A DNA stretch of 39,382 nt from assembly GCA_046345095.1 (NCBI GenBank), contig JBKDKG010000045.1, positions 1 to 39,382 on the forward strand. The letters are read 5' to 3'. The notes under the pieces are model-generated. The model ran no database searches. It had not been told where the DNA came from and worked only from the letters and a program-made list of their open reading frames with translations. Positions 35,881 through 39,382 of the stretch are shown here, one piece after another. Numbering within the stretch: position 1 is the first letter of the stretch; the number at the start of each line of letters is the position of its first letter. Source of the DNA: Flavobacteriia bacterium (GTDB lineage: Bacteria > Bacteroidota > Bacteroidia > Flavobacteriales_D > Crocinitomicaceae). The position numbers and the translations under genes are program-made.

Positions 35881-37220
35881 TTAAAAGGCAAGAAAACCGA
35901 AAAGGTAGTGCCCTCCCCAGGTTTACTTTTGACTTCAATTTTTCCGTGGTGGGAGTCGATGATCAACTTCACGTAAAATAAGCCTAGCCCAAAGCCTTTA
36001 ACATTGTGTAAATTGCCAGTAGGAACACGGTAAAACTTGTCAAAAATCATCTTAAGATCTTCCTTTTTTATCCCGACACCATTGTCACTAAAATCGATTC
36101 GTAAGCCTTTTTTGTCAGATTTTGTGCTAATTGAAATAAGTGGAGTTTTATCGCAATATTTTACAGCATTGTCCAATAAATTGTAGATGACATTTGTAAC
36201 GTGAACGGGATCTGCTTCAATTGCGCATTGTTCGGCATCTAAATGCAATTGGACTTCACCTCCATTTGCAATCTGATTTAAAGTGAAATTTTCTTTGGCC
36301 TCTTCCAGTAACTCATGAATGTCCATGGTTTCTTTTTTCAAGACCAATTCTTCTTTATCAAGCTTGGCTACATTGAGAACTCTTTCAACCTGATTTTCCA
36401 AGCGTTTGTTTTCTTTGTAAATGATGCTGGCGTATTTCTTTAATTTTTCAGGATCTTCAGAGAAGTCGGTTCGCATCAGCATTTCACTTGACAAGCCGAT
36501 TGTTGAGATAGGCGTTTTCAATTCATGTGTCATGTTGTTGATGAAATCGGTTTTCACTTCCGAAAGTCTTTTCTGGCGCAGGATGACGGTTAAGGTATAA
36601 CCAAAAAATATCATTACCAATACGACGATAATTGTCACATAGATCCAAGGGGAGATGATTTCTTCTTGCTCGTCAATCGATTTAGACTGAACATTCGGGA
36701 ATATTACCGTGAAATAATGGCCATCTGTTTTCCAGGGTAATTTAGCGGATGTGATACCAGCCAAGGTGTCAGAAACCGGTGCATAACCTGTTGTTCTTGT
36801 GTATTTGATGAGGTTTCCAAAAACGATTGAGTCACTGAAACAATCGTAAATTCCATATTGAAAATCTTGGTGAATATTTTGGTCGTACAGTTCCCTTTTC
36901 AAGAGTGTTTCCAGGTAGAACGGATGTAATTCTTCGTTGATGTCAACAGAAAAATAGTTCGTTCGAATCTGTTTTACCGCACCATAAAGGTCGGAGCTGT
37001 CCGAATTTTGAGTTGATATCTCTTCCAGAACATTTCTCAAAGCGATGTGTGCTTGTTCTGAAAATTGTTTCAAGTTGAGACTATCTTCCTTCTCTTGAAT
37101 GGCAATGTTCGTCTGTTGAATGGCAATGGTTTTGCGCATCCAGACCATCTGAACAACAAGGATACTCGCCAGGGAAATGATTCCTAGAACGACGACCGCA
37201 TTGATGTTCTTTCTATTCAT
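35877..37220 (-). CDS. Sensor histidine kinase (two TM, periplasmic loop, HisKA plus HATPase_c)
   Basis: 447 aa with H-box MTHELKTPISTI, N-box LLDNAVKY, G1 DNGVGI and G2 GFGLGL. TM helices lie near aa 9-28 and 190-213. Confidence 0.9.
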   Translation of the reverse strand: MNRKNINAVVVLGIISLASILVVQMVWMRKTIAIQQTNIAIQEKEDSLNLKQFSEQAHIALRNVLEEISTQNSDSSDLYGAVKQIRTNYFSVDINEELHPFYLETLLKRELYDQNIHQDFQYGIYDCFSDSIVFGNLIKYTRTTGYAPVSDTLAGITSAKLPWKTDGHYFTVIFPNVQSKSIDEQEEIISPWIYVTIIVVLVMIFFGYTLTVILRQKRLSEVKTDFINNMTHELKTPISTIGLSSEMLMRTDFSEDPEKLKKYASIIYKENKRLENQVERVLNVAKLDKEELVLKKETMDIHELLEEAKENFTLNQIANGGEVQLHLDAEQCAIEADPVHVTNVIYNLLDNAVKYCDKTPLISISTKSDKKGLRIDFSDNGVGIKKEDLKMIFDKFYRVPTGNLHNVKGFGLGLFYVKLIIDSHHGKIEVKSKPGEGTTFSVFLPFN

Positions 37221-37223
37221 TTG

Positions 37224-37541
37224 TTAGTAGGTTTCCATTTCCGGGTCGATTTCATTAGCCCAGGCAAGAATTCCTCCTGTTAGATTGTAGAGGTTTGAAT
37301 AACCGAAATTTTGCTCAAGGAATTGAATGGTATTGCCACTTCTAGCACCTGAACGACAATGCACAACCACTTTTTTGTCTTTGCTGATTTCATCCGTTCT
37401 CGTCGGAACTTCTGATAATGGAATCAATGTACCGTTAATGGAACAAATTTCTGCTTCATACGGTTCGCGCACGTCGATCAACTGAAAATCTTCGTTGTTG
37501 TCGATCATCGCTTTTAATTCTTGTACTGTAACTGTTTTCAT
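37224..37541 (-). CDS. Rhodanese-like single-domain sulfurtransferase
   Basis: 105 aa with the active-site loop VVVHCRSGARSGN. Its stop lies 3 nt upstream of the kinase ATG. Confidence 0.85.
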   Translation of the reverse strand: MKTVTVQELKAMIDNNEDFQLIDVREPYEAEICSINGTLIPLSEVPTRTDEISKDKKVVVHCRSGARSGNTIQFLEQNFGYSNLYNLTGGILAWANEIDPEMETY

Positions 37542-37568
37542 GCTATTTTTTTAATGGAATTCAGTTTT

Positions 37569-38579
37569 TTAAAATCCTTGAACACCGTTTACGGTAGTGT
37601 ATTTCAATATGTTCTTTTTATCCGGATAGATGCGAGCAAAAGCCGATTGAACTGCCAAAGTACCCTCGTGGAATCCACAAAGAATCAATTTAAGTTTGTT
37701 TTCATAGGTGTTCACATCGCCAATTGCGTAAATGCCCGGAATGTTCGTGGAATAATCAAGTGTGTCAACTTTTATGGCATTTTTGTCAATTTCCAATCCC
37801 CAGTCGGCTATTGGACCTAAGCTTGGCTTTAATCCAAAAAGTGGAATAAAATGATCTGTTTCCTGAATAATTTCGCCATCTTTCTGATGTGTGACCACAA
37901 CATTTTCCACTTTGCCGTTTCCTCCAATTCCTGTCACTTCAGCTTCCGTAATCAATTTAATTTTTCCGGTTCCTGCCATGTCTATTACCTTTTGTACAGA
38001 ATCCAAGTGACCTCTGAAAGAGCTGCTTCGGTGAACAAGCGCAACTTCTTTTGCAATATTTTTCTCCGCTAAAAAGATCGACCAATCGAGCGCAGAATCT
38101 CCACCTCCTGCAATCACGCAGCGTTTGCCACGGTAAAATTCAGGATCTTTAATAATGTACTCAACCCCTTTGTCTTCATAATCTACAAGATTGTCGATTG
38201 GCGGTTTGCGTGGTTCAAACACTCCCAAACCACCTGCAATCATCACAATTGGAGCTTCGTGTTTCGTTCCTTTGACGGTTGTAACGATGAATTTTCCTTC
38301 TTCCGTTTTATCGATCGTCATGGCTGCCTCACCAAGCGTAAAACCAGGTTTAAAAGGCGCTGCTTGTGCCATTAGATTATCTATCAATTCTCCGGCCAAC
38401 ACACTCGGAAATCCTGGGATGTCATAAATGGGTTTTTTCGGATAAATTTCGGAGCACTGTCCGCCCGGCTGAGGCAAGGAATCTATTAAATGACAACGCA
38501 GTTTCAATAGTCCTGCTTCGAAAACGGTGAAAAGTCCAACGGGTCCTGCTCCAATGATAATAATGTCTGTTTCGATCAT
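37569..38579 (-). CDS. Thioredoxin-reductase-like ferredoxin--NADP(+) reductase (YumC type)
   Basis: 336 aa with the FAD motif IIIIGAGPVGLF and the NADPH motif VIAGGGDSALDW. It has no CxxC redox pair, which fits the FNR type rather than TrxB. Confidence 0.8.
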   Translation of the reverse strand: MIETDIIIIGAGPVGLFTVFEAGLLKLRCHLIDSLPQPGGQCSEIYPKKPIYDIPGFPSVLAGELIDNLMAQAAPFKPGFTLGEAAMTIDKTEEGKFIVTTVKGTKHEAPIVMIAGGLGVFEPRKPPIDNLVDYEDKGVEYIIKDPEFYRGKRCVIAGGGDSALDWSIFLAEKNIAKEVALVHRSSSFRGHLDSVQKVIDMAGTGKIKLITEAEVTGIGGNGKVENVVVTHQKDGEIIQETDHFIPLFGLKPSLGPIADWGLEIDKNAIKVDTLDYSTNIPGIYAIGDVNTYENKLKLILCGFHEGTLAVQSAFARIYPDKKNILKYTTVNGVQGF

Positions 38580-38601
38580 TACTTTTAATTAAAATTCGCT
38601 G

Positions 38602-38609
38602 CAAATGTA
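38602..38609 (-). promoter_or_regulatory. -7 promoter box TACATTTG (minus strand) for the FNR-rhodanese-kinase operon
   Basis: The plus strand reads CAAATGTA. It lies 22 nt upstream of the ATG at 38579. Confidence 0.5.
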
Positions 38610-38673
38610 GCCATAACTTATCGAAATGGGAAGCGATTCTAGTTGGAATACTTGAAGTCCTTTAGAACGGATT

Positions 38674-39207
38674 TTAATCGATGTAGCGCTTTGCGAATTC
38701 CCATAGAATGACACCTGCACATACCGAAACATTTAAACTGTGCTTCGTTCCAAATTGAGGAACTTCAATAATGGCATCTGATAAATTGATGACTTGTTGG
38801 TTCACGCCATCCACTTCGTTGCCGAATACTAAAGCGAATTTTTCGGCTTCTAGTGCTGTGCTATTTTGAAGTAAAACAGTTTCTTCCGCCTGTTCTATAC
38901 TACAAACGAAAACACCTTGTTGTTTGAGTTCAATTACGAGTTCTTCTATCGATTGGCGGTATTCCCAAACAACTGTTTCCGTTGCTCCCAGAGCCGTTTT
39001 CTGAATGTCGCGATGGGGAGGTTGAGCAGTGATTCCACACAAATAGATCTTTTCAACATTGAAGGCATCAGCTGTGCGAAAAAAGGAACCGATATTATTC
39101 AGGCTGCGGATGCCATCCAAAATAACAATCAACGGGAATTTTTGCTGCGCTTTGAATTCATCTTCGCTCACTCGATCAAGTTCCCACAATTTTAGCTTTC
39201 TGTTCAT
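38674..39207 (-). CDS. TrmH/SpoU family RNA 2'-O-methyltransferase (SPOUT)
   Basis: 177 aa with NIGSFFRTADAF, LVFGNEVDGV and SLNVSVCAGVILWE, the three SpoU motifs. Confidence 0.85.
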   Translation of the reverse strand: MNRKLKLWELDRVSEDEFKAQQKFPLIVILDGIRSLNNIGSFFRTADAFNVEKIYLCGITAQPPHRDIQKTALGATETVVWEYRQSIEELVIELKQQGVFVCSIEQAEETVLLQNSTALEAEKFALVFGNEVDGVNQQVINLSDAIIEVPQFGTKHSLNVSVCAGVILWEFAKRYID

Positions 39208-39292
39208 ATTGTTGATAAGATGGCCGCTAGAATTTTTGTCTAATCGGCAGTTGGCCCTAAATTTACCTGCAAAATTGAAAAAATCAGTTGAT

Positions 39293-39382
39293 TTGTCGAA
39301 GGAAAAGGAAAAAAGCGTTTCAGAAACGCCTTTAATGAAGCAGTATAATCAGATCAAAGCCAAGCACCCGCAGGCTTTACTG
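39293..39382 (+). CDS. mutS: DNA mismatch repair protein MutS, 5' end (continues past the window)
   Basis: The frame reads ...SETPLMKQYNQIKAKHPQALL, the conserved MutS N-terminus. There is no in-frame ATG upstream of the internal Met (39335). The start is probably TTG at 39293 or 39275, so the start coordinate is uncertain. Confidence 0.7.
   Translation, partial: MSKEKEKSVSETPLMKQYNQIKAKHPQALL

Overview
This is a chromosomal window from a Bacteroidota genome, probably Flavobacteriia-like. The evidence for that placement is TAnnTTTG -7 promoter boxes in front of many genes, no obvious Shine-Dalgarno motifs, a SprB-repeat protein, and an FtsZ ending in [11 protein letters not shown] call 39 protein-coding genes, two of them partial at the window edges. 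I found no rRNA or tRNA, no CRISPR array, and no transposase or integrase. The ORF track uses GTG and TTG starts shown as M, so several listed N-termini are over-extended; I corrected them using the first ATG and the promoter boxes. Layout: (1) 1-8071 is the distal dcw cluster (murD-like 3' end, ftsW-murG-murC-ftsQ-ftsA-ftsZ, yqeY) with 1-4 nt start/stop overlaps. (2) 8167-11333 holds the methionine-salvage genes mtnB-mtnD and mtnC-mtnA. (3) 11389-24355 is a minus-strand housekeeping block: SprB-repeat protein, MMPL-rfbA-polyprenyl synthase operon, S9 peptidase, purM, prfA-pyrF, rluF and a DEAD-box helicase. (4) 24543-30330 is the only accessory-looking stretch. It contains a padR gene translationally coupled to an unusual 5-TM protein, a flavin reductase gene embedded in REP-like palindromes, topB, a repeat-filled 373-nt spacer, and an AT-rich GxxExxY (PD-(D/E)XK) gene bounded by 13-nt direct repeats. 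(5) 30332-39382 holds thyA-folA, a divergent yfhO / GT2-methyltransferase unit, a small secreted protein, an FNR-rhodanese-orphan histidine kinase operon, a TrmH-family methyltransferase and the start of mutS. The best candidates for something undescribed are the PadR-coupled membrane protein with GldL/GldM-like modules, the palindromic repeat family, and the repeat-bounded GxxExxY cassette. All homology statements come from reading the translations and from memory of family motifs. No searches were run.
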